From NCBI RefSeq assembly GCF_004010195.1, contig NC_057758.1, positions 3,153,819-3,187,859 on the forward strand: DNA of 34,041 bases, written 5' to 3'. The stretch is from Chiloscyllium plagiosum. Taxonomy: Eukaryota. The notes below the pieces were generated by a model. The model was not told where the DNA came from. It did no database searches and was given only the letters and a program-made list of their open reading frames with translations. Shown piece by piece: positions 11,231 to 22,977 of this stretch (position 1 is its first letter; each line of letters starts with the position of its first letter). Position numbers and translations under genes: made by a program.

Positions 11231-12375
11231 AGCAAAGTCATTGTGTTAGGCCATCTTCTGGGCTCAAGGTACACAGCTCACGTGGCACTGATGGAATGAA
11301 TCTTAGACTACAAAGGAGATGGAGGGGGAAATAGTAAACGTGCTTGTGTTAGTTTGGCAAAATTATCGTACTCTGGGGTAGTTTTGGTAGGTTAGAAAGC
11401 AGTATATGTGGCGTCACTGTTTAAAAAAAAAACGTTGACCAAAGCCATTTAACTGTAGGCTTATTGGATAAGTTTTTATCTTGGTGAAAATCCTTGAATA
11501 GACTAAGAAATAGCGAGATGTTTGTATAGAAATTGGGTCGATCTAGAAGACGCAATGTGGGTCCATGAAAGAGAAGTCATGTTAACCTAGTTTACCGTCA
11601 TTCTGTGAGGACTCTTCAATCGTGGCAGACAATAGCTTAGTGGCAGATGTTGTGTATCTGGATTTCCAGAAGGCATTCGAAAACGTCTGCTCAAAAGCGT
11701 GCTGCCTCAGAAAAAGATGCAGGTTGTTAGTATGGATGGAAGATTGCTGAGCTACATAAAGTAAAGAGTGAGGATGCGTTTTTGTTTTACTTCTTGGTAA
11801 TCAGTGGCTCGTGATATGTGTCAGTGATTAGTGTTTAGAATTTACGATGATGATTTGGAGTTGGGGACCAAGTGGAGTGCGTCAACGTTCACTGGTGACA
11901 CGTAGGTGAATGGCAGACTAAAGTGTGCAGAGGACACTGAAAGTTTCTATAGTGATACAAATTGAATAAGGAGTCGGCAAGGGTCGAGCAGATGGAGTAA
12001 ACCATTGGTAAATTTGAGGTCTTCCATTTTGGTAGAATTAACAATAAAATAGACTATTATATAAAAGGAGAAAAATTATGAAATGCCAATGTGCAGAACG
12101 ACCTGTGTATCTTTGTGAAGTAATCACACATAATAATGGTTTGCAAGTGTATCAGGTAGTTAAGAAGGAAAATGCAATATTGTTCTTTTTGCTAGAGTGA
12201 AAGCAGTTTGAAAGCAGGGAGGTTATTCTGCAGCTATATAGAGGGTTGGTGAGTCCACAACTGGAGGAGAGTACACGCCTTTGTTCCTCCTTAATTGAGA
12301 AGCAATGTACTGACATTGCAGGAGGTGTGGAAGAGGTTCACTTGGGCGATACTGGATTTGAGAGGATTAGCTTAT

Positions 12376-14077
12376 ATAACGTACACCATAGAACAGTACA
12401 GCGCAGTATAGGTCACTTGATCCACGCTGTTGTGCCAGCCTTTTATCCGACTCTAACATCAGATGAACCTATATACACTTCATTCTCCTTTCTTCCAAGA
12501 GTTGCTTAAAAATCCCAATTTATTTCACTCGAATACCACTGCTGGCAGTTCATTCCACGCACCCAACTATCTCTATATCCAGATTTGACCACTGCCAACT
12601 GTTCTGAAACTGCCTTAAATTAACTTGAAATTATGTCCCATCGTGATAACCATTTTCACCATCGGAAATAGTCTCTGGCCACCCATTGTATCTATGCCTC
12701 TCACCATCGTGTACACCTGCACAACAATGAGAGCAGCCCTAGCTCCCTTATACTTTCTTCATGAAACATGCCATCCATTCCAGGCAGTTTCTTGACATAT
12801 CTGCTCTTCGCCCTCTCTAATGCTTCCACATATTTGCTATAATGAGGCGATCAAAACTGAACATAATATTTCAAGTGTGGTCTAAACCAGCTGCATCATA
12901 ACCTCACGGTTCTTAAACTGAAATTCTCTGCTCATGACAACCAACATACCATACAGCTTCTCAACAAACCTACTAACTTGGCTGGCAGCATTAAGTGTCT
13001 GGATCCCAACATCCCTCTGTTGTTCCACAATGCCAAGGATCCCGCCTTCTGAATTCCTGTATTCTGGATTCAAATTCGACTTTCTAGAGTGAATCACTTT
13101 ACACTGTTCCAGACTGAACTTCATTTGCCATTTTTCAGCCCGGTTCTGCATCCTGTCAATGTCTCATTGCAACCCACCACAGCCATCCACACTACGCACA
13201 ACTCCACCAACCTTCCTGTAAGCTGCAAATTTACTAACTTACACTTCCACTTACTCATCCAAGTCATCATAGGAATCATGAAGAGCAATGATCTCTGCGG
13301 AGCCCCACTGGTGACTAAGCTTCAGGCTGAATGCTTTCCATTTAAAATCCCCCTCTGTCATTTATGGGCTTGCCAATTCTGCATCCAGACAGCTAGGTTT
13401 CCCTGCATTCCATGAGTCCTTACTTTTTCAATGAGCCTACCCTGGGGAACCAATCAAACGCCTTGCTAAAATGTATGTACACCACATCGACTCCTCTACC
13501 TCCATCAACGTTTATCCTCACATTACCAAAAAAAACAAAAAGGTTTCTGAGGCACGACCTATCCCCCACAAAGCCGTGCTGACTATTTCTAGTCAAGCTA
13601 TTGTTTTCAAAGTAACCATAAGTACTGGCTGTCATAGTCTTCTGCAATATTTTGCCCACCACTAACGTAAGACTGACTGGTCTGCAATTCACGGAGTTAC
13701 CTCTATTCCATTTCTTGAGCAAGGGAATATCATATACCAACTCCAATCCTCTGGCACTACCCAGATGAACAGTAAGGACGCAGTGATCATCGCCTAAGGC
13801 GTAGCAATATCTTACCTCAATTCCTGTCATAACGTCGGGTATCTCCCATCTAGCCCAGATGGTTTATCTATACTTATGTTTTTCAGCTCATCCTCCTTCC
13901 TAACATTAGCCTGTTCTAGCATATCAGTCTGTTTCACGCTATCCTCAGAAATGTCAATGTTCCTCTCCGCAGTGAATACTGAAGCAATGTATTCATTAAG
14001 GAATGCTACTCCCTCCGATTCCAGATTCATGTTCCCTTCACTACCCTTGATCTGCTCTTCCACTATCCCTGAACGGC
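12376..14077 (-). mobile_element. CR1 LINE, RT and 3' end, nested antisense
   Basis: LNEYIASVFT, DKPSGLDGRYP, NCRPVSLTLVVGK, SQHGF, FSKAFD, WQMKF, QRDVGI; 5-bp TSD CTTAT (12371-12375, 14078-14082). Confidence 0.92.
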
Positions 14078-14579
14078 CTTATGAGGAGGTATCGAATAGA
14101 CTGGGACTATAAAAATCGGAATTTAGAAGAATGAGGAATCTTATGGCAACATTAAGCTATGAAGAGAATTGTTTAGAGAGTCGCAGGGGCTTTATTTTCC
14201 ATTAATGAATTGAAATAGCACTATGGTATATATTCTCGATATAATGGACAATAGATTTAGGACTGAATTGAGGTGGAACATGTTTCCACAAAGTGGTGTG
14301 AAACCATGGAATTCCTTGAATAGTGAAGGGGTTGAGGCTACCTCGTTGAATGTTTGTAAAGTAATAACATTTGAAGAGTAAAGAAATTCATCTTTATGGT
14401 AAGTGGGCTGGTAATTAGAGCTAAGTCCACGAAAAAGTCAGCCATCATCTGATGGAATGGCAAGGCAGTCTTAAGGAGCCAACTGGCCAGTGAATGCTCT
14501 AGTTTCTTATATTCATACGTTCTTATTTCGGGAGGAAAATGAGGGAATCTTAACCACAGTGAATGAAACGTCCATATTT

Positions 14580-15130
14580 TCCTTCAACTAGAAAAAAGCT
14601 GGTTAGTGGAGATTCTGATTGAGACATGCACAGTTATGAGAGGAAACGATAGGACAAGTCATGTGAATCTTTTCCTCATCGCAAAAGGGGTATGCCGGCT
14701 TACTGGTATTTCTCCATGGGCTATTAATACAGCCACACACGTAAGGTCATAAGGCTAGGGATTCTAATCCTAAAGGGCGCATGGTGGATTCGAATTCAGA
14801 AATTAAGAGTCCAATCATTACTGCAAGTAAGATGTTGGGAAAGGCTGAATAAAGTTGATAATTCACTAATGTCCTTGGAGATGTAAAATGTGTCTTTTAT
14901 GTCTTACATTTAAATCCGACCCACATCAAGAACATTGCCTCTCGGTGACAAGTGCTGGCTCAAGTTCTAGTGTCCTCATGCTGTGAACACATAAAAACAA
15001 AGCGTGGCGGGTACATGTTGAAGGTAAATGGTATGCAGGTGATAGGAGTTCTCTTCAAGCACAGCGTGGTAGAGATGCAGAACGTGCTGTCTGTGACCAT
15101 GGTGGTGACAAGTAGTTTCAGAAAATTTGC
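14580..15130 (+). repeat. Highly decayed CR1 3' fragments and a possible Deu-domain SINE remnant
   Basis: GDSD.DMHSYE-type CR1 C-terminal remnant at about 14600-14680; TTCACTAATGTCCTT (Deu-like) near 14862; LFKHSVVEMQNVL (cf. FFTQRVV..WNAL) near 15050-15090. Confidence 0.45.
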
Positions 15131-15133
15131 AAT

Positions 15134-15190
15134 ATAATGATAATAATAATAATAATAAAAACAGCAACAATAATAATAAGTTATAGTAAT
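15134..15190. repeat. Imperfect (AAT)n microsatellite
   Basis: Direct reading of ATAATGATAATAATAATAATAATAAAAACAGCAACAATAATAATAAG. Confidence 0.9.
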
Positions 15191-17081
15191 ACACGACCAT
15201 ATTGAGAGCACGCTGTCAGCATTACTCGAATGATTGGGCTAAATGTATCCCATTCGTATTGTTTGATGTTAGAGATGTGTCAAATGAGTCTAATCAGTTC
15301 ACTGCCTTCGAGTTTATATTCGGGCATGACGTGAGAGGGCCTTTGAAATTAATTAAAGAAAAATTGACAGGACCAAAGAGATCTTACACATAGTTTATGT
15401 ATCTAGGATGAAGGAGAAATTAAAATGAGTAGGTGAGTTAGCTAAACAGCACCTGAAGAGGGCACAGTATAGAATTAAAGAGTTGACAAATGAAAGCTCT
15501 GAGACTCAGACATAAGAGTTTTTCCAAGGGGATGACGTGTTGGTACTGCTACTAATGATAGAAGATCCCTTCAAAGTCAGGTTACGTCGTCCGTATCAAA
15601 TTGATTAAAAAAATTGAGTCAGGTGAACGATCGAGTAAAGATGCCATATAGAAAAAAATGTATCCTGAATGTCATGTGAACATGTTGAATCCATATTATG
15701 CAAGAGAGAAAGAACTGTAGAAACAGGTGTTTGTAACTGCCCTGCAGAGTAAGGAATCAAATCATATGATGTGCATTTTGATGTGCCTGAAAGTAGATTA
15801 AACAATGAAAAAGTTCTTGAGGAGTGGGATAGGGTAGTAAACTGTCGCAGGAGCGTAAAACACAGTTGACAGATTTGTTAGTGCAGTATAAGAACAGCAG
15901 TAAAAATCAGATGGGGAGGACGAATGCTATTGCACATGAAGGAGACGTAGGGAATACGGCTCCCATAAAAAGAACACCCCCTACCGGCTTAATTCCTTCA
16001 ATCCTTTCAGACAGGTCCAGATGGAGGTAGAGATCATGCTCCCAAACGTCATCAAATCAAACCAGAGCGAGTGGAGTTCGCCAAATCGGACGGTTCCAAA
16101 TTCTGACTCATATTCAATTCTGAGGTTGGAGGACCGTATCGAGAAAGTCGGACATGCCAGTTATGTCAACAAATTGGACTTAATGCGTGGGTACTGGCAC
16201 GTATCTTTCTCAGAGTCAGCAAAAAATATTTCTGCGTTTGTAACAGTAAATTGGCTTTATCAGCTTTAACTGATGCCCTTTGGAATGAAGAATGCACCTG
16301 TCACCTTCCAAAGACTCATGAACAGAGTTGTGGCTGGGTTAACAAACTGCACAGTCTAATTTTGCGATGTAGTGATCTTTAGTGTGTCCAGGAAAGATCA
16401 CATTGTACAATTGGCAGAGGTGATTGAACGACTACGAGAAGCAAAACTGGTAATAAACTTAAATATAACTGAATTCACGAAAGTAGAAGTGACATCACTC
16501 ATGGAAGATTAACCCCACAGAACATAAAGATGAAGGACATCGAGGAAGTTCCAAGACCGACTGCAAAGAAAGAGATGTTTAGATTCTTAGGACTTATTGG
16601 ATTTTATCCGATTTTTTTTTAGAAACTTCATCAGTGTAGTGGCACCGTTAACAGATTTGCTGAAGAACAATACAAAGTTTCGGTGGACAGAACCATTCCA
16701 GGAGACATTCGACCATTTGACATCAATATTAAATACCAAGCCACTTTCAGCTACACCAAAATTTTCAAAACTTATGAAAGTCGCCAGTGATGCTAATGTG
16801 ACATAAGAGTTGGAGGTATACTCCTACAGGAAGATGAGGGTGGGGTTGAACTACCAGTTCGTTTCTTTTCGAAGAAGCTCAACATCCAGCAAATGAAATA
16901 TTCAGTGATTGAAAATGAGCCATTGAGTTTGGCTTCAGAACAGTTACATGTTTATTTCATGAACAATGATTTAGAGGCAGTTGTGTACACGATCACTATC
17001 TGCTTACATTCTTAGAACGCTTTAACGACAAGAAAATGAAACTATTTCGCTAGAGTCTTATGTTACTCTAGCGAATACTCT

Positions 17082-18193
17082 AGGGAATAGGGATAACCCC
17101 GGGAATTACAGGCCTGTTAGTCTTACTTCTGTGGTAGGCAAAGTAATGGAAAGGGTACTGAGGGATAGGATTTATGAGTATCTGGAAAGACACTGCTTGA
17201 TTAGGGACAGCCAGCACGGATTTGTGAAGGGTAGGTCTTGCCTTACAAGTCTTATTGAATTCTTCGAGGAGGTGACCAAGCATGTGGATGAGGGAAGAGC
17301 AGTGGATGTAGTGTACATGGATTTTAGTAAGGCATTTGATAAGGTTCCCCATGGTAGGCCTATGCNNNNNNNNNNNNNNNNNNNNNNNNNNNNNNNNNNN
17401 NNNNNNNNNNNNNNNNNNNNNNNNNNNNNNNNNNNNNNNNNNNNNNNNNNNNNNNNNNNNNNNNNNNNNNNNNNNNNNNNNNNNNNNNNNNNNNNNNNNN
17501 NNNNNNNNNNNNNNNNNNNNNNNNNNNNNNNNNNNNNNNNNNNNNNNNNNNNNNNNNNNNNNNNNNNNNNNNNNNNNNNNNNNNNNNNNNNNNNNNNNNN
17601 NNNNNNNNNNNNNNNNNNNNNNNNNNNNNNNNNNNNNNNNNNNNNNNNNNNNNNNNNNNNNNNNNNNNNNNNNNNNNNNNNNNNNNNNNNNNNNNNNNNN
17701 NNNNNNNNNNNNNNNNNNNNNNNNNNNNNNNNNNNNNNNNNNNNNNNNNNNNNNNNNNNNNNNNNNNNNNNNNNNNNNNNNNNGAGAGGAAGTCGTACGA
17801 GGCTAGGTTGAGAGTTCTCGGCCTTTTCTCGTTGGAACGGCGAAGGATGAGGGGTGACTTGATAGAGGTTTATAAGATGATCAGAGGAATAGATAGAGTA
17901 GACAGTCAGAAACTTTTTCCCCGGGCACAACCGAGTGTTACAAGGGGACATAAATTTAAGGTGAAGGGTGGAAGGTTTTGGGGAGATGTCAGGGGTGGGT
18001 TCTTTACCCAGAGAGTGGTGGGGGCATGGAATGCGCTGCCCGTGGGAGTGGTAGAGTCGGAATCATTGGCGACCTTTAAGCGGCATTTGGATAGGTACAT
18101 GGATGGGTACTTAATCTCGGTTAGACGTTCGGCACAACATCGTGGGCCGAAGGGCCTGTTCTGTGCTGTATTGTTCTATGTTCTATGTTCTAT
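17082..18193 (+). mobile_element. Young 5'-truncated CR1 LINE spanning an assembly gap
   Basis: Open frames PGNYRPVSLTSVVGK...DFSKAFDKVPHGR and LGLFSLERRRMRGDLIEVYK...FFTQRVVGAWNALP; (TTCTATG)n tail. Confidence 0.95.
17366..17783. other. Assembly gap (418 N)
   Basis: Run of N. Confidence 1.
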
Positions 18194-18445
18194 TTTTAAT
18201 TTAAAAATCGTACATTTTGCGGGTTGTAAGAAGATAATCACTGATGCATTATCGTGGTGTTATCTGATAATGTTTAGATGAGACTTGTGTCAACTTCATG
18301 TTATATATGTATACAGTTATATGTTAAGAAGTTAAGGTTAACTTAGATTAAAGGTATTGGTATGTTACGGTAATGTGTTTAGAGAATAGAAAAAAATGAA
18401 GCCATTTTTTCATTATGATGTTTTTCTTCTTCTTAATGATCGTGG

Positions 18446-19139
18446 TGTTACGAAGATATGGGTGTGCTGTACCTTTTAAGTGAGTTAAAAGCTAGCAGAA
18501 CTAACTGATAGTACCAAGTGTTCTGAATAAGGTATAATGTAACCTTATCGTCCAGCAGCTAGTGAAGCTGGTTGCCTGGAGAAAAAAAATTGAATTAGGC
18601 CAATAAGTTTCAATTATACACCAAAAAAAACTCCAGTCAATCTGGAATTCAGTATACTGACAATATTAAAAGCCAATGCTACAATCCGATGCTGAGAGGG
18701 TATAAGACCGGTGAAAAAATTAGCAGTTGGAAGTGAACTGCCAAAACACTGACAGATGTAAGCTGCTTGCCAGAGATACCTGTCGAGAGAAGGAGATTGA
18801 ACAGAGAAAAACATCAACACCAACCTGGAGAGAAAATCTACAGAGGAAGATATAAAGAGAAGTTCTGATAAATGGCGGGTTTTAAAATTTGCATTTTTCA
18901 ATAAGTCCTAATCGAGTGTTTTATGAGGCGAGTATTATCGTTGGGAAAATAAAAGATAGGAAGGATTTCCAAATGGCTGTTAATTAATTATTCTCTGTTA
19001 TACTTTAGTAAATAAAGTTGCCAAATTTTTCGTAAAATTGGTCTTGGCCTCTTGAATTTTCGCAGATTACTGCACGAGATAAACTTTCTCTGTGTTGTTT
19101 GTTTAAATTAAGCAGGAGCGATAACTTTGTGATGTAACG
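18446..19139 (+). mobile_element. 3' LTR of Gypsy element C
   Basis: TGTTAC...GTAACG (terminal CA mutated); collinear with LTR 6148-6850; AATAAA near 19011. Confidence 0.88.
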
Positions 19140-19398
19140 ATCTTTGTAACATCTGGGTGAGCCCTTAAAATTCCAGGGTAATGCTGGCTTTGGATCAAGT
19201 GCTGGTAAACGGGTTTAGATTTATTTACTATTTGTTGGCCAAAGTTGATGCTGTAATCTTTGAAGAAATATTTCAATTGAATTCAAATTCATCAAGCAGT
19301 TTTTTGTCTTTGCCGCTTTGGAAACTCCATTAATCGCTGACAGTATCTGCATATAATTGGCACCTAATTCTACATATCTTAATACTCACATCTCTAAA

Positions 19399-19502
19399 AT
19401 GTGGCGTGCCAGTGTTGGACTCGGGTGGACAAAGTTAAAATAATAAGCACCAGCCGAAAGTCCAACAGGTACAAGCTTTCAGAGAGGTGCTAATTCATCA
19501 GG
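19399..19502 (-). mobile_element. PLE tail fragment (same family as 8692-8877) with a decayed hammerhead
   Basis: Reverse complement of 8800-8876-type sequence; minus-strand CCTGATGA...GAAAGCTTG at 19472-19502 with disrupted stem II. Confidence 0.65.
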
Positions 19503-19507
19503 GAGCT

Positions 19508-19897
19508 GTTAGATTATATTTGCTACGGTGTGGAAAACAGCCGATCCCGTCCAACAAGTCCACACCGAACCTCCGAAGAATAACCCACCCAGACGCATTT
19601 CTCCCTGACTAATGCACCTGAAGAATTCCTTAAGGAGGATTCCTGAAGAAAGGCTCATGCCCGAAACGTCGATTCTCCTGCTCCTTGTATGCTGCCTGAC
19701 CTGCTGCGCTTTTCCAGCAACACATTTTCATCCTTGACTAATGCACCTAACACTATGGGCAATTTCGTATCGCCACTTGACCTACACACCTTGGGACTGT
19801 GGGAGAAACCCATCCAGGTACGGGAAGAATGTGCAAACTCCACGCAGGCAATCGCCTGAGGTTGGGACGCTAGTGCTGAGCCACTGTACCACCCGCA
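19508..19897 (-). mobile_element. V-SINE (HE1-like), diverged, split by a 115-bp insertion
   Basis: Collinear with SINE 3036-3343 (TCCAACAAGTCCACACCGA, GGACTGTGGGAG, GAATGTGCAAACTCCAC). Confidence 0.85.
19620..19734 (+). mobile_element. 115-bp PLE mini-insertion made of a hammerhead ribozyme plus tail
   Basis: Perfect 14-bp TSD TGACTAATGCACCT (19606-19619, 19735-19748); CTGAAGA 19643-19649, AGGC-TCAT-GCCC, GAAA 19663-19666, GTC 19668-19670; matches 32444-32536. Confidence 0.85.
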
Positions 19898-20358
19898 ATA
19901 GCTGCCATGCTAGTGGAGTAGAATCCAAGGACAAATAATTTATCGCAAAAGATCATAGTGTCATACAACTGATGTGATACGCTGAACACATCAGTTGTAT
20001 TGCTATTGTTGTATGTGTATAACACATTGCTATTAAGTCTTCCATCTTTTAGACTGGGATCAGGTTTCGATTCCTTAATATGTAAATCACAAAATATTTT
20101 TCAGCTCAAATTCCTGAGACAACTTAAGATTTTATTTTAAAGTGACATCTCAGCTCAGACAATGCATTAATGCTCTGAGTTTAGAATCTGCATGAATTCC
20201 AATCTTGAGTCAAACTGATTCTATTTTCAAATTATGAATTTATAAAATATCACTTGGATTATAAACAAAATGACTGCTTACAGATTTGTGTTTTTGAACA
20301 TAGACTTGCATATCTGCAAATACAATGCTACAAATACAAATTCACCCCATAGACTTAT

Positions 20359-20475
20359 ATGTGGGTGTGGGTGTGGGTGTGCGAGCATGTGAGGCAGAAA
20401 TAATGTGTGTGTGTGGGAAAGAGCGCGAAAGTATGGGTGCGTACATCTACCTATGTGAGTTCATGTGCGTGCTTG
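20359..20475. repeat. GT-rich simple repeat, (GTGTGG)n/(GT)n, probably within a decayed element spanning about 20050-20500
   Basis: Direct reading; the host element is not confidently classified. Confidence 0.7.
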
Positions 20476-20689
20476 ATAGAATTTGGCCATGGGTGTAATG
20501 GAAGTGGCGAGACTTCCTTTTTCGGCTAACATGCACAATACACTGATATTGGCTCCATTAGTAAGGCAGAAGATGAAGCTCTCAAACAACCCATTACAGA
20601 CATTTCTCCACTTCGTGCCTCATCAAGTTGTATTTAGCCTTTCACCACTTCAGTACGTTAACCAAGACCCTTATCTTAACATTATCCAT

Positions 20690-22620
20690 AACTATCTTTA
20701 AACTTTTGGAATTAATGATTACTTTTCCTGAATTTGTTTCGCTACTGAAACTTAGATCGTCTGGCCAGGCTCAAACTCCCCGCCCCCACCCCCGCCCCGC
20801 TCCGTATAGGGTCTATTGCAGCTCTCTCCCGAGTTGGACTATCCACGTACTGTACTAAGAAACTGTCCTGGGTGTACAGAACAAACGCTCCCGCATTTAT
20901 ACTGTTGTCACGAAGAGAGTTCCAGTCGATTATGGGAAAGTTAAAATTGTCCTTTACAACTTTTGTTTTGATTTTGCGTTGTGTTGATCCTTGCAGAGCA
21001 GAAAGCTGCCACTCAGCCCAGCGAATCTGCAGAGATCCTCCAAACAGCATCCGATTGAAACTCAGTACTTTCCCGAGTCATCCATATTTTCCATGGCTGA
21101 TCCACAAAGCCTGGGCATCCCATGGACATTACTGTAGAATATAGCGTGGCTAAATCACCGATCCTGAAATCTTTGGACCATGGGAGAATACACAAAATCC
21201 ACAGAGAGAGTCGTCCAAACCTAATCTCGAACTAGGTCCCTATTGTCGTGAGGTGGCTAACCACTGTACTATCATGTTGCCCACAATTGCCATGAACTCA
21301 TATATCTGTTCTACTTTCTCCCACTGGCAAATGTAAGACAAAAGAATATAGTTCTATCATATTAATATTTTCTAACTGCCACATGAGCCCTCCAAGACAT
21401 TCTCACTGAGTGCAGCAATGACATTCTCCACCATCAGTCATGCAACTCTCTATCTCGCCTGCACCTTTTACATCTTCGAACGTTGAGTTGCTGGTTTTGC
21501 CTTTCTCTATCTGTCATGGCTATCATGTTGTAGTCCTATGTACTGATCAACAATCGAAGCTCATCTGCCTTACCTGTTGTATTCTTTGCACTAAAGTAAG
21601 CATAATTCACGTCTCCAGTCCCGTTGTGTTCATCAACGTGGTTGTTCTTTCTGTTCGACTTGACATCAATCTTCTCAATACGGTGACCTATTGCTCTATT
21701 TCCCACCACTCTATCAGACGAGTTTAAATCCTCCCATAAGGCACGAGCAAATTTCATTCCCAGTAAATTTGTGTTCCTCCAGTTTATATGCAACTTGCCT
21801 TATTGTACCGATCCTACTTATCCTAGAGGATGTCACAATGATACATGTGCTTGATACCCTCCCTCATGCATCAACTGGACAGTCTCAACCATCTTGTTTC
21901 TTGCCTCTATAGCACGTGAAACAGGGAGTAATCTCGATCATACAAACCTGAAAGTCCAACTTTTCAGCATCCAACTAATTCGTTAATTCACTTTGCAGAA
22001 CGTCTTCTCCCTTTACCACTGTGTCGTTGGTATTGATATAAATCATGACCTCTGGCTGTTCGCCCTTCCCTTTCAAAATATCTTGTGCTCTGAGCCATTC
22101 TCAATCCTGGCACCAGGGAGGCAACTCAACATTCTGGAGTCTCCCTGGAGCCAGCAGAAACGCCTGCCTGTGTCCTGACTAGACAGTCCACTGTCACCAC
22201 TGCTCGCCTTCACTTCGACACTCTCTGCTGTACCAGTCCCTGTCGTGGTGCCATTATCACTTTGCTGCTGCTTTCCACGAGTTGCCATTCTCCCCCTACA
22301 ACAGAACGGTGTACCTGTTTGAAAGCATAATGTTTACAGTAGACTCAGACTTTCAGACCACAATCACTTTTCTTCCTGGCGTTTCTCAAGTCACTTTTGC
22401 TGGTGGTCTGATCAGATCGCTAAACATATCCGCATAATTCCCTGTCTCATAGATGCTCCATAATAAGTCAATTTGCAGCTCCAGCCAGTCCACGCAAAAT
22501 GTCAGGAGCTGCAGTGAAACGCACCTGCATACGTAGACACCATGGAGATTGGAACTGTCCCTGAGTTTTCCGAAGAAATATTCCCTACGGCGCCGTTGTC
22601 CCGCCATTTCGAACCTTACT
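20690..22620 (-). mobile_element. CR1 LINE 5' part: ORF1 (Zn finger and SGNH esterase-like domain) and ORF2 endonuclease, decayed
   Basis: MAGQ start near 22607, YVCRC, GDSGLSSQDTGRRFC...SRMLSCLPGARI, HINWRNTNLL...LN, YFSAKNTTGKADELR, DNFNFPIIDW, QYVDSPTRE. Confidence 0.85.
21075..21285 (-). mobile_element. Highly diverged V-SINE remnant
   Basis: TAGCGTGGCTAAATCACC, ATCTTTGGACCATGGGAGAAT, GCTAACCACTGTACTATCATGTTGCCC resemble 3150-3343. Confidence 0.65.
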
Positions 22621-22977
22621 AACGACAAACAAAGCAGTTCGAACCAATTCAACAACCTTGTCCACTTATCACCACTTTCTCGTTTCGGTTCCATATTCCC
22701 AGCAAACTACACGCTATAAAAATAAATACTTGATTATCTAATTACCTCTGCATCCTACTAATTCAGTATCCGGACCTAGTTCCCAAAAAGTCAATTTTCT
22801 GTGACATTTTGATTTGCGATGTTCTGGTACTTAGACTTTTGATTCAACTCTGCTCTGCTGTGCTTCCTCTGCTGCTCTGACTGATATCAATCCAAGACCC
22901 GAACTTCAGTCATTTTTCAGGAAGGTCCTGATTTTATTTACTCCCAATAATTAGGCAACAGGCTGTAAGTCACTCCC

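Larger units (their letters stand above)
10381..14526 (+). mobile_element. Old CR1 LINE (EN end, RT, 3' tail), split by insertions at about 10716-11230 and 12376-14077
   Basis: CNETGIINDLLV.DPLG..DHN; VVYLDFQKAF; FTGDT (decayed FADDT); LVSPQLE; GLAY|EE rejoined across the insert; TTCTTAT-type tail near 14504-14526. Confidence 0.8.
15191..18445 (+). mobile_element. Gmr1-like Gypsy element C (same family as A): integrase C-terminus->RT->RNase H, interrupted by a young CR1
   Basis: FEFIFGHDVRGPL, GPY-like RPYQI, HVNML, KLDLMRGYWHV, MPFGMKNAPVTFQRLM, ASDAN; FNLKIVHFAG..IITDALS resumes after the CR1. Confidence 0.9.

Noticed and set aside
14960..15211. Poly-Tyr/Cys and poly-Leu ORFs
   Set aside because: Translation of the (AAT)n microsatellite
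17131..17951. Longest ORFs in the track (226, 259 and 156 aa)
   Set aside because: Artefacts of translating through the N gap inside a CR1
6148..19139. LTRs at 6148 and 18446 as the two ends of one element
   Set aside because: Each follows its own RNase H and 3' UTR, they are clearly diverged, no PBS follows 6850, and there is no shared TSD
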